Assembly (NCBI RefSeq): GCF_026210795.1
Contig: NC_089434.1
Location: 620,001 to 684,000, forward strand
Direction of reading: 5' to 3'
From: Rhizophagus irregularis
Lineage: Eukaryota
DNA length: 64,000 nt
The translations under genes were made by a program, and so were the position numbers. The notes beneath the pieces were generated by a model. That model was given only the letters and a program-made list of their open reading frames with translations, was not told where the DNA came from and did no database searches. Shown here piece after piece: positions 27,304 through 38,903 of the stretch (position 1 is the first letter of the stretch; each line of letters begins with the position of its first letter).

Positions 27304-30300
27304 ATGGGCAATACAAGCACACACTTTGACGAAACCATGCAAAAGCAGGTCTTAGGGCCAATAAAATATTTAGATAAAAAGTGTTACATAATTAGTCAAG
27401 AAAATTATAAACATTCTTCCGATAAAATTTTAGGAAAGTTAAATTGCGTAAGAAGATATTATCTAATAAGCAATGAAACTTTCAAACTATATATAAACGA
27501 TCAGCAACAAAGCACCTCAGACTTACAGTGTATGCAAACGCAAGTCTTTGGTCCAATAAATTACCAAAATAAAGAGATTTATGCTTTATCTAGTTCAATT
27601 AAAGTTAAAGATAGGGTTATGGGATATGTATATATTGATGATGTTTATTACGCAATAAGTGAAGAAGCTTACGGAGAGTATCTTTTGAAAAATGATCAAA
27701 AAATAAAGCAGCAACTTCAACAATTCATGCAACAACTTGTGCGACCAATAAATTATAATAACACAGAGTTTTACGGAATTAGTAAAGAAAATTATGAATA
27801 TATTTTAGAAATAATTCCTGCAATTAAAAAAACAAAGCTGGTGGTTAATGAAGTTTATTATATAATAAGCAAAAAAAGATATGATAAGTATCTTAATATG
27901 CAAAATGAACAAATACGAAAACTCCTGCAAAAAATTGTATCAGAAAAACTTTATAAGGGTATGGAGAGTTACTTAGTTAGTGAAGATAATTATAATCACT
28001 TTGTAACGAAAATTCAAGATCTTAATAAAGGAAAGGAAGTGCGCCATGAAAAGTATTATAAAATGAATGAGGAAACTTATAATCTTTTGCAAAACATGAT
28101 AAACGGTCAACAAATTCCAGAACAGCAAGATGAATTATCATTCATGCAGCAAGAAGTCATAGGGCATTTAAATTATTTTAACAAGGATTGCTATATAATT
28201 GATAAGGAAAATTACGAGTATTTTTTCAAACTTTCAAACCAACAACCTGAAGGTCAAGTAAAGATTAAAGAAGAATATAATGTAATAAGTAAAGAAATTT
28301 ACGATGACATTCTGCAACAAATCACTTCTGGGAAGTTACAACACATGCAACGACAAATCTTGGGTCCAGTAAATTGTCTTAATGGGGAAACTTATATAAT
28401 TGGCGAAGCCTATGGGAAGGGTTTAAGTGACGAACAAATTATAAGAAAAATCAAGATAAATAAGGAATATTATATAATAGACAAAAAAGCCTACGACAAA
28501 ATTTATAATCACTTACGATTCCAACAATTCGTAGAACGACTTAATGCAAAATTAATCAATCATAATAACACAGAGGTTTATGGAATTAATAAAGAAAGTT
28601 ACAAATATATTATTTCGGAAAGAATTCCCAAGGAACTCAAGGAACAAGTCATAAGCAATAATATATCTGTTCAAGAAGATTATTACGCAATAAAAAAAGA
28701 TGTATATACTAGCTATTTTCAAAACGATCAGCAAATCCAAAATTTTATGGGACTCGTAAATGAACTTGATAAGTCTAAAGGGTATTATTTAATTTGTAAA
28801 GAAAATTATAATAAATTTTTTAGGAATATTATTATTAATAATAAAGAATTTAGACCAACAAGAATTAAAGAAGAATATATTGGAATAAATAAAGAAGTTT
28901 ACGATAAATATATTTTAAAAATCGATCGACAAAAAGACCCAACTCCAGAACAACAAGTTGAATTAATACTTCAAAATTTCACACAACGTCAAGTCTTAGG
29001 ACGGTTAAATTTTTTAGGCGAGGAGTGTTATGTAATTGATAAGGAAAATTATACTAATTTTTTAAACCAAGCTCAAGCCAACAAACAAGTAGTCATTGAG
29101 CAAGTTGTCAGACCAATAAGAATAAACGTTGATTATTATATAATAATTAAAAAAGCTTATGAATCTCGTTTAGGACCCGTCGACACTAATTCTTGCAATA
29201 GCACAAGGAGAAATGAATCAGAAGAATTAATGAACGATATTCTATCGCGAAATCAAGCGCTTGAGGAAGAGTGTAAAAAGTTAAGAATACAAAATCAAGT
29301 GTTTGAAAACGAATGTGGAAACTTGAAATCGCAAAATCAAGCGTTTGAAAATGAGTGTGGAAACTTGAAATCGCAAAATCAAGCGTTTGAAAATGAGTAT
29401 GAAAACTTGAAATCGCAAAATCAAGTGTTGAAATTGCAAAATGGAGAGTATAAAAAAAGGTGTGAAGATTTAGGAGACAAAATTACTGAATTAAGGGAAG
29501 AAGTCACCAAATATCAATCGGAATTAGGTGATGCAACATCATTTCATCTAGGAAATCAAGATTCTAATAGCACCAGCCAGCTATCAGATGATATTCGTAA
29601 GTTACATGAAAAATTAGTAAGTTTTTGTAATGTAAAGAGAGAAGTTAAAATTAATAATCGGGAGCTAAAAGAACTCATGAAAAAATATGATTGTTTACCC
29701 ACTAATGAAATAAGCAAAAACTTGATTTCTGGAGTGTTAGAACGTGCTGTGATTGAGACCATCATCGAAAAAACAGAAGCATATTTCAACTTAACAAAAA
29801 ATTCAAATGCAACAGATAAACAACAGTTGGACTTAGAAGCAGAGAATAACGAGAATCAACAGCCGTATTTAGAAGCAGAAATTTTCAATACAACTGATAA
29901 ACTGTTGACGATGACAGAATTATTTACAAAGATTCGCGTCGGAACTGATAGAGTTAGCGAAGCTATTCCAACTAAATTACGTCAGCAAGTTTATGCTATT
30001 CTTGGAAATCGTGGATTTTCCCAAACTTTTAAAGACGTAAATGACAGTAAAGAACATCAATTTATTGTGAAATTACGAGATTATATTTCGAATTTAATGA
30101 ATCGTTATCGAGAATTTAAAAATCCAGAAAGATTGAAAAAAAGTACAGAAGAGATAAATAAGATTATTAGGGAAGTTATCAATATATTTTTTTTCAGATT
30201 AAACGTACAACAACCTATCGCAACTTGGGATTGGCTTCCAAAAGGTACAATGATCAATACATTAAGAATGGAAGCATCTTGGGACGAAAATGAAACTGAT

Positions 30301-30411
30301 GATTTACGATTCGACATTTGCGCATTTCCCCTAATTGGATCCAATATTAATCAATCTAACGAGAAAGTGATAGTTCCAGCGCAAGTTGTCATGAACACTC
30401 TAGATGAATAA
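27304..30411 (+). CDS. 1035-aa protein: 9 N-terminal repeats of about 68 aa, coiled coil with 14-aa repeats, C-terminal GrpE/Mieap-like domain
   Basis: Uninterrupted single-exon ORF. Recurring QVLGP-x-Y..CYII-x-KENY....YY-x-I-x-KE-x-Y motif. (KSQNQAFENECGNL)-type repeat x3. C-terminal ...RMEASW...FDICAFPLIG...KVIVPAQV. The domain call is an inference. Confidence 0.85.
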   Translation: MGNTSTHFDETMQKQVLGPIKYLDKKCYIISQENYKHSSDKILGKLNCVRRYYLISNETFKLYINDQQQSTSDLQCMQTQVFGPINYQNKEIYALSSSIKVKDRVMGYVYIDDVYYAISEEAYGEYLLKNDQKIKQQLQQFMQQLVRPINYNNTEFYGISKENYEYILEIIPAIKKTKLVVNEVYYIISKKRYDKYLNMQNEQIRKLLQKIVSEKLYKGMESYLVSEDNYNHFVTKIQDLNKGKEVRHEKYYKMNEETYNLLQNMINGQQIPEQQDELSFMQQEVIGHLNYFNKDCYIIDKENYEYFFKLSNQQPEGQVKIKEEYNVISKEIYDDILQQITSGKLQHMQRQILGPVNCLNGETYIIGEAYGKGLSDEQIIRKIKINKEYYIIDKKAYDKIYNHLRFQQFVERLNAKLINHNNTEVYGINKESYKYIISERIPKELKEQVISNNISVQEDYYAIKKDVYTSYFQNDQQIQNFMGLVNELDKSKGYYLICKENYNKFFRNIIINNKEFRPTRIKEEYIGINKEVYDKYILKIDRQKDPTPEQQVELILQNFTQRQVLGRLNFLGEECYVIDKENYTNFLNQAQANKQVVIEQVVRPIRINVDYYIIIKKAYESRLGPVDTNSCNSTRRNESEELMNDILSRNQALEEECKKLRIQNQVFENECGNLKSQNQAFENECGNLKSQNQAFENEYENLKSQNQVLKLQNGEYKKRCEDLGDKITELREEVTKYQSELGDATSFHLGNQDSNSTSQLSDDIRKLHEKLVSFCNVKREVKINNRELKELMKKYDCLPTNEISKNLISGVLERAVIETIIEKTEAYFNLTKNSNATDKQQLDLEAENNENQQPYLEAEIFNTTDKLLTMTELFTKIRVGTDRVSEAIPTKLRQQVYAILGNRGFSQTFKDVNDSKEHQFIVKLRDYISNLMNRYREFKNPERLKKSTEEINKIIREVINIFFFRLNVQQPIATWDWLPKGTMINTLRMEASWDENETDDLRFDICAFPLIGSNINQSNEKVIVPAQVVMNTLDE

Positions 30412-30879
30412 TTACTATATAATAACCCTCTTTGTCATTATCGTTATTGATAATTGTTATTACTGTATTATTATCCTTATTATTTGTTTTATCGGAAAAT
30501 ATCAATAAAATTTTAACATAGTTCTATGAGTCTGACAATTCTTCAAAGTTATCGCACTAGTACAAAGTTAATAAAAATGTATGACTTTGTTAATTGTCCA
30601 AAGCGTAAGCGTAGAACACTTCATGTTAATTCATAAGCTTTATGCAATGTCTATCCGCAGCGTCTTTACTAGTCATTTTGTTATACACATTTTCTTTGAT
30701 TTTCGTTGCGTGCTGATATTTTTGATAACCCGGTATACAATATGATGTTATACAATTGTTACATTTTTAATTTATCCATAAATATATTGATATAAACTTA
30801 TAAACTTAATTTATTAACGACGCTTGTAAATACATCAGTACATCGGGAAGTTACGGGAAAAATGTTCATCCAACCAAAA

Positions 30880-33010
30880 TTGTATCTACAAAAAAAATCC
30901 TAAGTCAAATCAAATCGAAATACTGCACGCAAAATTGAGTAATCTAAAAGAAAAGTAAGTTCAAAGTTAAAGTTGATCAATTATTAATAAAAAAAAAGCA
31001 ATGAAAAAAATAAAAATATTAATCTTACGCTTCGTATTCTTAGAAGCCTACTGAAATTACCGTTTACTAAAAGAAGAAAACATTTTAAAATCTAAAATAA
31101 AGAAATGGTTAGTTTAAAGCCTAACCAAAGATAAAAATTCAAGACTTACCTCTATAATAGTATAATCTCACGCAAGAAACAAAATTCTAAAAGAAATAGC
31201 ATATTTAATGAATTTTGGATATAATAAATAAAAAAGAAAAAAATGAGAATTGATAAAAGCATTAAATTTTCTTATTATGTTGAGAAAGTAAAAAATCTTT
31301 TCGTAAATTAATCAAAAAATTGTTGTTTTTGCAAGACGCGTTACTTTATTATTTTTTGTACTACAAAAAAAGAACGAAATATTAATATGATAATGTTTCG
31401 ATAAAAAAATCAATGAAAAATTGAAACTCACCCATAGACACAAGGAGATCCAAGCAGCTGAAAAATCTACAAAAAAAAGAACAAAATGTTATTAAACGTT
31501 TCGTTAAAAGAAAAAAATAAAAAAAATAGTTACATTTCGAAACTCACTCAGATAATTGGAAGCAAAAACAAAACTGCCAGATTCTATAAAAAAAAAGGAA
31601 CAAGAAACGTTAGTTAACATTTCTTAAAAAAATAAAAAAAATTTAATTAAGTTTCGAATATTACCCAAGAAGCTGACCAAAATTGATTAAACAGTTACTT
31701 TACAGAAACTACAAGATCGTAGCGATGGCTTAATGCGCAGTAACTACGTTATAAATACATAGTGACCACATTATGTAATCGTAAATAAATTACATATATG
31801 CAGTTACTGCGCATTAAGCCATTGCTACGATCTCTGTAAAAGTAGTTTCTTTAAAACAAAATTACAAAAAGAATTTAAAAAAGTTTTGAAACGAAATGAA
31901 ACATTTTGAAACTTACCGATCATATCCGTTCAGGATTCGGAAAGCTCAATCTACCGGTGCCTGCAAAAAAAAGAAGAAAAAAAGGAAAGCTCAATTTACC
32001 GGTACCTGAAAAAAAAAGAAAAAAAATCAATAAATTTACTTTCAAAACTTACCAATTATATTATCAAGAATTTAGACAACTCGATTCCTGCAAAAAAAGA
32101 AGAAAAAAAAATTAAAAAAAATCAAAATAATAGAAAAAAACAAAAATAAATTTAAAAAGTTTCGAATTGAAGCAAATGCTTCAAAACTTACCAATCTATT
32201 CCAAGAGCTGACATACGAAAGAAGAAAGTCTAAGTAACGTCCATCCAGCTGAAAGTCCAAAATGTTAGCGTCTAAAGTCCAAGCCGAAGGATCAATATCT
32301 ACAGCCACCCAATTCCAACCCAGATCTTGGAACATGAACCGATATCTATAAAAAAAAGAGAAAAAAATTAAATAAGAAAATAAAAAGAAAAAAATTTATA
32401 AACATCTGTAAGTTTCTCCCGAAACCCTTACCAGATCTAAGATCCACAGCCGAACCAACGATATCTACAAAAGAGAGAAAAAATTAAATAAAAAAAAGTA
32501 AAATTTAAAAATCTTTAAGTTTCGCCTCGAAACTTACCAGATCTAAGATCCACAGTCGAACCAACCGATACCTACAAAAAAAAGGGAAAAAATTTTTTAA
32601 AAAAAAATAAAAAAAAATAATTAAAAAAAAAAACGTAAGTTTCGCCTTGAAACTTACGAAAAAGAGAATCTTTTAAATTAAAAAAAAAACAAAAAAAAAA
32701 TAAAAGAAACGTCAAAGACATTTCCTTAAAAAAAACACACACACGCCATAGTAATTATATACCTGTCTATAAAGTCCAATTCATCAATAAAAAAAGAAAA
32801 GAACATTTTGTTAGAAATTTTTTTTTAATGCATTTAAAAGAAATAAAACAAAACTTACCTTTCAAAAGTCCAGTTCGTCTAAGTTCAAAAAGCTAGTGTT
32901 CCTATAATAGAAGCGTTTACTTAGAAACGTTCTTAATACAATTAGAAAAAATAAAAATAAAAAATTTACCCTTTCAAAAGTCTAATTTCAGAAAGCCGGT
33001 GTTCCTATAA
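30880..33010 (-). other. Array of about 13 short exon-like cassettes separated by GT-AG intron-like spacers
   Basis: On the + strand, recurring CTTAC/CTCAC ... CTA/CTG + poly-A (minus-strand GTAAG donors and poly-T-YAG acceptors), e.g. at 31024, 31145, 31427, 31543, 31912, 32048, 32187, 32427, 32533, 32854. Some cassettes are duplicated. Confidence 0.6.
31712..31836. mobile_element. Palindromic MITE (Tc1/mariner-like, TA flanks)
   Basis: 32-bp inverted repeat AGATCGTAGC(G/A)ATGGCTTAATGCGCAGTAACT at 31714-31745 and 31802-31833. Confidence 0.8.
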
Positions 33011-34537
33011 TATATTAGAATGTTTTTTTAAAACTCTTTTTAAAAAATATTACATTTGATTTTTTATTTATTTAAACCATGTATTTAAGTAAAGTCACCA
33101 AAATCTCTCTTTCTCTCTCTCTATATATATTTATTTAATGAATATGAAGTAGTGGATATAGTTAAGCAATTTAGAAAGGATAAGTTAAAGGAATGAATGA
33201 ATCAAAAATACAAGAGGAAATATCGAAAAGAAATGAAAATTCACATAAAATAGTTTCAGATAATACGGTCCCCTCGTTTTTTTAAGTAAAAAAGAGATCG
33301 ATCGGCAAACTGATCATGTGATGCTGATTATTCAAGTTTTTTAATTGATGGTACAATTGGTATAATAATCTTTTTGTATAGTGCCACCACTGAAATTCTT
33401 AGGTACCCAAATAAAACATGAAAACGAACGTAAAAATTTTTTTTGCAGAAAGTGAATAAACTTATATAGTAGTACAGTACATTTCCAAGAACAATATTGA
33501 TGATTTTAGCGCAATTGGATAATTTTATGATATTTTTTATATACGATTAAACATTAAACTAGTTTCCAGGTTGCAACCTATTTGTGTCTTAATATCATAG
33601 TTCAGCCAAAGGAGAGTAAAGAGGTTAGAAAAAAAGGGGAGGTAAGAATGAAAGGAAAGAGGAGAATGAAAGGGAAGTGAAAATGGAAAGGGAATTAATA
33701 GAGTGTGAAAAGGGAGTAAACTTTCTAATTCTGTAGTGAATGATATTATTCACTTATTTAATAACTTTATACGGATCCAACTGCAACTTTACCATTAAAT
33801 GTGAAAGCAGCACGAGTACAATATAAATTCCTCATTAACATTGCTCGCATTGAATATTCATCATAAATGCTGCACATTATGATAAAAATCTCATGGATTT
33901 CATTAGCGTTAAATATTGCATTTACATTTAAAATAATGATGTATATGTTCTGCAAATTACAAATATGTGATGAACATTTTTTTCCGTGAGTAGAATACAC
34001 TATATGAATCTGAACGAGGTGTAAATTTTTGACGAATACATCCAAGGTATACGGGGACTAGTTCATGCTATACTTTGTCGATAGCCTAGAATCTTTCGTA
34101 GGTACTATTTTGGTAATATTATGGAATTTATCAAATTATTTATATTTTCCGTGAATGTATCTGTGAAAAGCTTATTTTTACAGAGTTTTTACAGAAATAA
34201 TACTGGATAAAACTTTTTATAGAGATGAAGAGAACGAAAAGGTTATGGGAAAACTAACTATTGCCCAGTAAAAAGTATTTGTCAAATTTTCGTATAAAAA
34301 ATGTAATATATTTTAACATAACAAGTTTAATACAATTATGAGCATCCATTTATACAAAATTTGTAAATGATTTGTAGCAAACTCGTAATACTTTTATTTA
34401 GCATTCGAAATACATTTGTATATATTTTGTTTTACATATGTATAAAATATATAGAATGTAATATATTAAAGTATAATATATTAAATATGTACTAATTTAT
34501 AAAATATCAAATACATAGATAAATATATTAAATAATG

Positions 34538-36276
34538 TTATACCGCTTTACATTTACGACCAGGACGTTTTGCTGGAGGAATTCTGATAGTTTCAGCATC
34601 TTCAACACCTTTCTCATCATTAGGTGGTTGTGCTGCTTTAGTTTTACGACCAGGACGTTTTGCTGGAGGAATTCTGATAGTTTCAACGTCCTCAACACCT
34701 TTTTCATCATTAGATAGTTGTGTTATCTTACGTTTACGACCAGGACATTTTGCTGGAGGAATTCTTACAACTTCAACGTCTTCAACACCTTTTTCATCAT
34801 CAGGTGGCTGTGCTGCTTTAGTTTTACGACCAGGACATTTTGCTGGAGGAATTCTGATAGTTTCGACGTCCTCAACACCTTTTTCATCATCAGATAGCTG
34901 TGTTATCTTACGTTTACGACCAGGACGTTTTGCTGGAGGAATTCTTACAACTTCAACGTCTTCAATGGCTTCTTCTTTATCAGATGATTGTGTTATTCTA
35001 TGTTTATGGCCAGGACGTTTAGAATAAGCTGGGGAGACATCAACGGCTTCTAATAATTCTATTGTAATATATTTTATATATTTAGTTGATTACATATGTA
35101 TTAAAGAATCTATGAGCTTACTCTTACTCGGTAAAGATTTATTATTATCAAGCCTTTCCAAACTTTCTATATTCGGGCTGTTGGATACCAATAATGGTTC
35201 TGTTTGATTGGTAGTAATGTTATTAATTTGATTCATTTTAAAATATTTCATCAAAATTAAAAATTACCATGATTCGATTTTTTGTTAATAGTTCATTTCC
35301 TTTTTTGGCTCTTTTACTATTACCATTTGGTTTTCGGATCTTAGCTTTATTAACAGAAATATTTATCTTATGCATTTCGCTAAGATTAAGAATTGACCCT
35401 ATAAAATGTTGAAAATTTTAGTAAAATAGCAGAATAATGACAAAACAATATTAAATTAAGATAAACTTACGTCTATAATTTATATGTCGACAAATCATCT
35501 CACGTTCCGCCCAATCACTAACAGTTTCTAGAAAGGATGGATTTTTCTTATGAAACTAATACAATAAAAAATTGGTTAAAAAGTGTTAAATAAATGGAAT
35601 TCAGGATTACAGTTAGTATTTACCTTATCAATGCATTTATTAATTTCATTAATAGGCATATCACGATATTCGATGGTAGGGCATAGAGGATAAAGTTTTT
35701 CAGCTACTAAAAGTCTCATTGATTCCTGCAGTAGTATATTAAAGTTAAACATTTATCTCAAATATTAATAATAATATTATATACTGACCACATAGCCACG
35801 CCAAATACTCTTTGGGATATGAAGAAAAGAAAGAATCTTTTGATAGTTTATATTTTTCTTCTTGAATATTGGCTATTATATATTTTAAAATAATAAATAA
35901 AAATAACAATAAAATGTTATATTTAAAATAATTGCCACCTGTTTAGGTTCATCACTAGAAAATTCAGTATCATCTTCTTCAGAGAGGGTTGGCTGACTTT
36001 TATTATTTGATTTATTATTAAAAGATTTATCCTTTAAACGACTTTGATTTGATGATCCTTTTGTTTTATTTGTTATGGCAAAAGATTCTTTATCTACAAG
36101 TTTTTGGTTCAATTTTCTCTTTGTCTTTTCCTTTTTCATAGAAGTATTTTCAAGTTTCATAATTTTTTTTTAAGTTCTGCAATTTTTTTCAATGTAGATT
36201 CCTTTTCACAATTAATAAAAGAACCACCATCGGAATTGGAAGAACAATCAGACATTTCACTATTATTATATTCCAT
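34538..36276 (-). CDS. Multi-exon hypothetical protein with C-terminal 30-aa acidic/basic repeats (PPAKRPGRK); 1-2 apparent homopolymer frameshifts, so possibly a pseudogene
   Basis: ATG at 36276 and about 7 GT-AG exons. The last exon reads (DDEKGVEDVETIRIPPAKRPGRKTKAAQPP)n to TAA at 34538-34540. A frame slip occurs in the 9-nt T run (A9 on the coding strand) at about 36163-36171. Confidence 0.55.
34545..35020 (-). repeat. 90-bp tandem repeat with alternating A/B variants (180-bp higher order), about 5 copies
   Basis: CGACCAGGAC(G/A)TTTTGCTGGAGGAATTCT recurs every 90 bp. Confidence 0.9.
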
Positions 36277-38549
36277 TATAGAGAAAATCTTTATTTTTCG
36301 AAAAATAAAAGTAATGAATCCTGGGAAAAAAAACTTCTAAAATAAAAAAGATCATATGAATTATATAAACTTATAATACGTCATAATTATTTAAGTTAAA
36401 TTCTTATTGCATAACTATTTTTAATTGATCTATTGTCTACTATAATAAGTAAAATTTAAAAGTTTTTTGTTATACAAATAAGGAATGTGTGTAACTATTA
36501 GATTTTATACCATATTTTAACCAGCAGCAATTTTTCTTAATATCCCGATTAATAATTATTCAAATGTCTATTAAAAACTGTCAAAAGTAAAAAAAGAAAA
36601 GTAACAAAGGACTAAAAGTTTTTTGTAATTGTTTGAAATGCAAAGGCCAAAATTTAGTTTCATACTCTCAAAGTGGAAATATTCAAAAATCAAGTACTGA
36701 TGAGCAAGAATCTGATAAAGATGATAAAGATATTGAGATTTTAAAACGAGAATCAAGCAAAGATGAAGAAAATGACAAAAATACTGAAATTTTAGACTTA
36801 GAATCTCCTAATTACGAACCAATTTTTCAAGAAAATATTGACAAATCTGATAATAGTACATCAATAGAACTAAACTAACAAATATTGAACCTACAACTAT
36901 TTGCTCTTTAGATGGATCTAGACACGTAAAATTTGGTTAATATATTGATTATATCTCTTAGTATATTCGGCTGTAATTTATTTTAATTTTGATGAATGTT
37001 TACTAATTGCTCATTTATTTATTTTTTTCTTTTTAGGGATTCTTTGAAGTGCCTTAACTATACTTTTTATTAGCGATGCAAATATTCTGGATTTATTAGT
37101 ATAAACAGACTTGAGGTTAGAGGTCATAAGCTATCCCACCAGCTGGCAAAGTGTATGAAATTTCTTTTAATTCACAAAGAAAGCCTTGCTAAAGTCATCT
37201 TTAGTGTAGGTCTAGTAATACATTGCCTTAATTGAGCGTGGCTACGAAGTTTATGATTCCTAAACTATATATATATATCATATATTGATATTATATTTTA
37301 GCATATTTCTCTAATTTTATATTTGCATATTTTTTACATATAGAATATGATATTCCATTAATTAATTTTCACCATATAACAAAGATATTGCAAAAATACG
37401 CTAGTTGAGCAATTTATTGATATGAGAGTGATTGATCAATGTATAGATTCTTAAAATCATGTGAAAATAGTTTTATGATCCTAATGATAATTATATAGAT
37501 TCAAATGGTGAAAGTAATTAGTAATTGCACGAATCATTAAATAGTACAAATTTCAAACAAATTTCAAAAATCCATATTAAAATAATTGTACAATTTCCAT
37601 TTAATAAATGTTAGAATTTAATAACTTTATAAAAAATCTACAATAATCATACATTTAAGTTTACGAAATAAAATTTAAATATCAGAATATTAATAATGTT
37701 ATGAAAAGCCTACAATAATCATATGATTAAATTTTATGAAAAAATGCGATTTTATTCAATTATACAAATACTAAACAAAAACTAGATGATTATTACAAAA
37801 ATAAAACAAAAACTGCACGATTTATATACAATGACTTTTTACTGGGTTGGGATAGTTTTTCGATATCCAAGGAAAGCGTATTTAGAGTTAGATGACCAAC
37901 TGGCAAGTAGGGCACCATAGACTCTTAAAGAAGAAATAGCCATAATCTTTATAGACGGACATAATCGTCTGTACATAATTTTATTCCACTAGATACTTTA
38001 GCACCATCATTCATCACCCACATAGCCAACTCGCCTTTCATAGATTATATGCAACTGCCTATCGAGCTCAACTTATGAGAAAAAATTTACACCTGAAGGA
38101 ATGCAATAAATTTCCGAATTATTATGTCCCATTTTTTTATATAAACTGTATAAACTGGTAAAAAGATTGTGGCATTTTAAAAACATAAGTTTACGAAAAA
38201 AATCCGCAAGACTTATTGCTAAGGAAATAACTGATAACTTTAGCTTGAATTAACTATAAAGACATTTTGTAATAATATATTTGATTCATAATTACAATTT
38301 TGTTTATCAAGTAATAAAAATTAGTGACTTATTGTCTTATTTGTACCATTATCAAATAGAAATTATAGACATAATAATTGAAATATTGCAAATGCTATTG
38401 GCAATAAAATCTTTGTATATATATATATATGAATAATTTGGAAAAAATAATCTATTGTATATTTTTATAATTAATTGAGACTTCTTAATGCTTTAAAATC
38501 AAAAATTAAAAAACTTTCATCAAAGGAAACTTTTTTTTGTATTTATATT

Positions 38550-38670
38550 GGCTGATCAGAAAAGCCCCCCATAATTTTATATGCTAATGACAATAAGTAA
38601 ACCCATCAGTTATATAATAAACCCATCAACTGAACTTAAATATTAATTGGCTTTATTTTTCCAATCAGCC
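38550..38670 (+). mobile_element. 121-bp MITE-like element, copy A
   Basis: Short terminal inverted GGCTGAT..GAAAA. A near-identical copy in opposite orientation lies at 44210-44330. Confidence 0.75.
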
Positions 38671-38717
38671 CATATGTAATATAAAGTTTACCATAAAGAA
38701 ATCGAATATTCGTTATA

Positions 38718-38903
38718 CAGTTCACCCTCGCTATAGTGAATTTTTATATAGTGAATAATTTGCTATAGTAAAGAAAAGCTCAGGTACGGATTTTCTATAT
38801 AAATAATAATTCTTAATACAGTTCACCTTCGCTATAGCGAATCCCTTACTATAGTGAATCTTAACCTTCAGCCCATGAGCTTCACTATAGCAAGGGTGAG
38901 CTG
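38718..38903. mobile_element. Pogo/Tc1-mariner-type MITE
   Basis: TA|CAGTTCACCCTCGCTATAGTGAA ... TTCACTATAGCAAGGGTGAGCTG|TA (23-bp TIR, 2 mismatches). An internal second left end is at about 38819. Confidence 0.85.
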
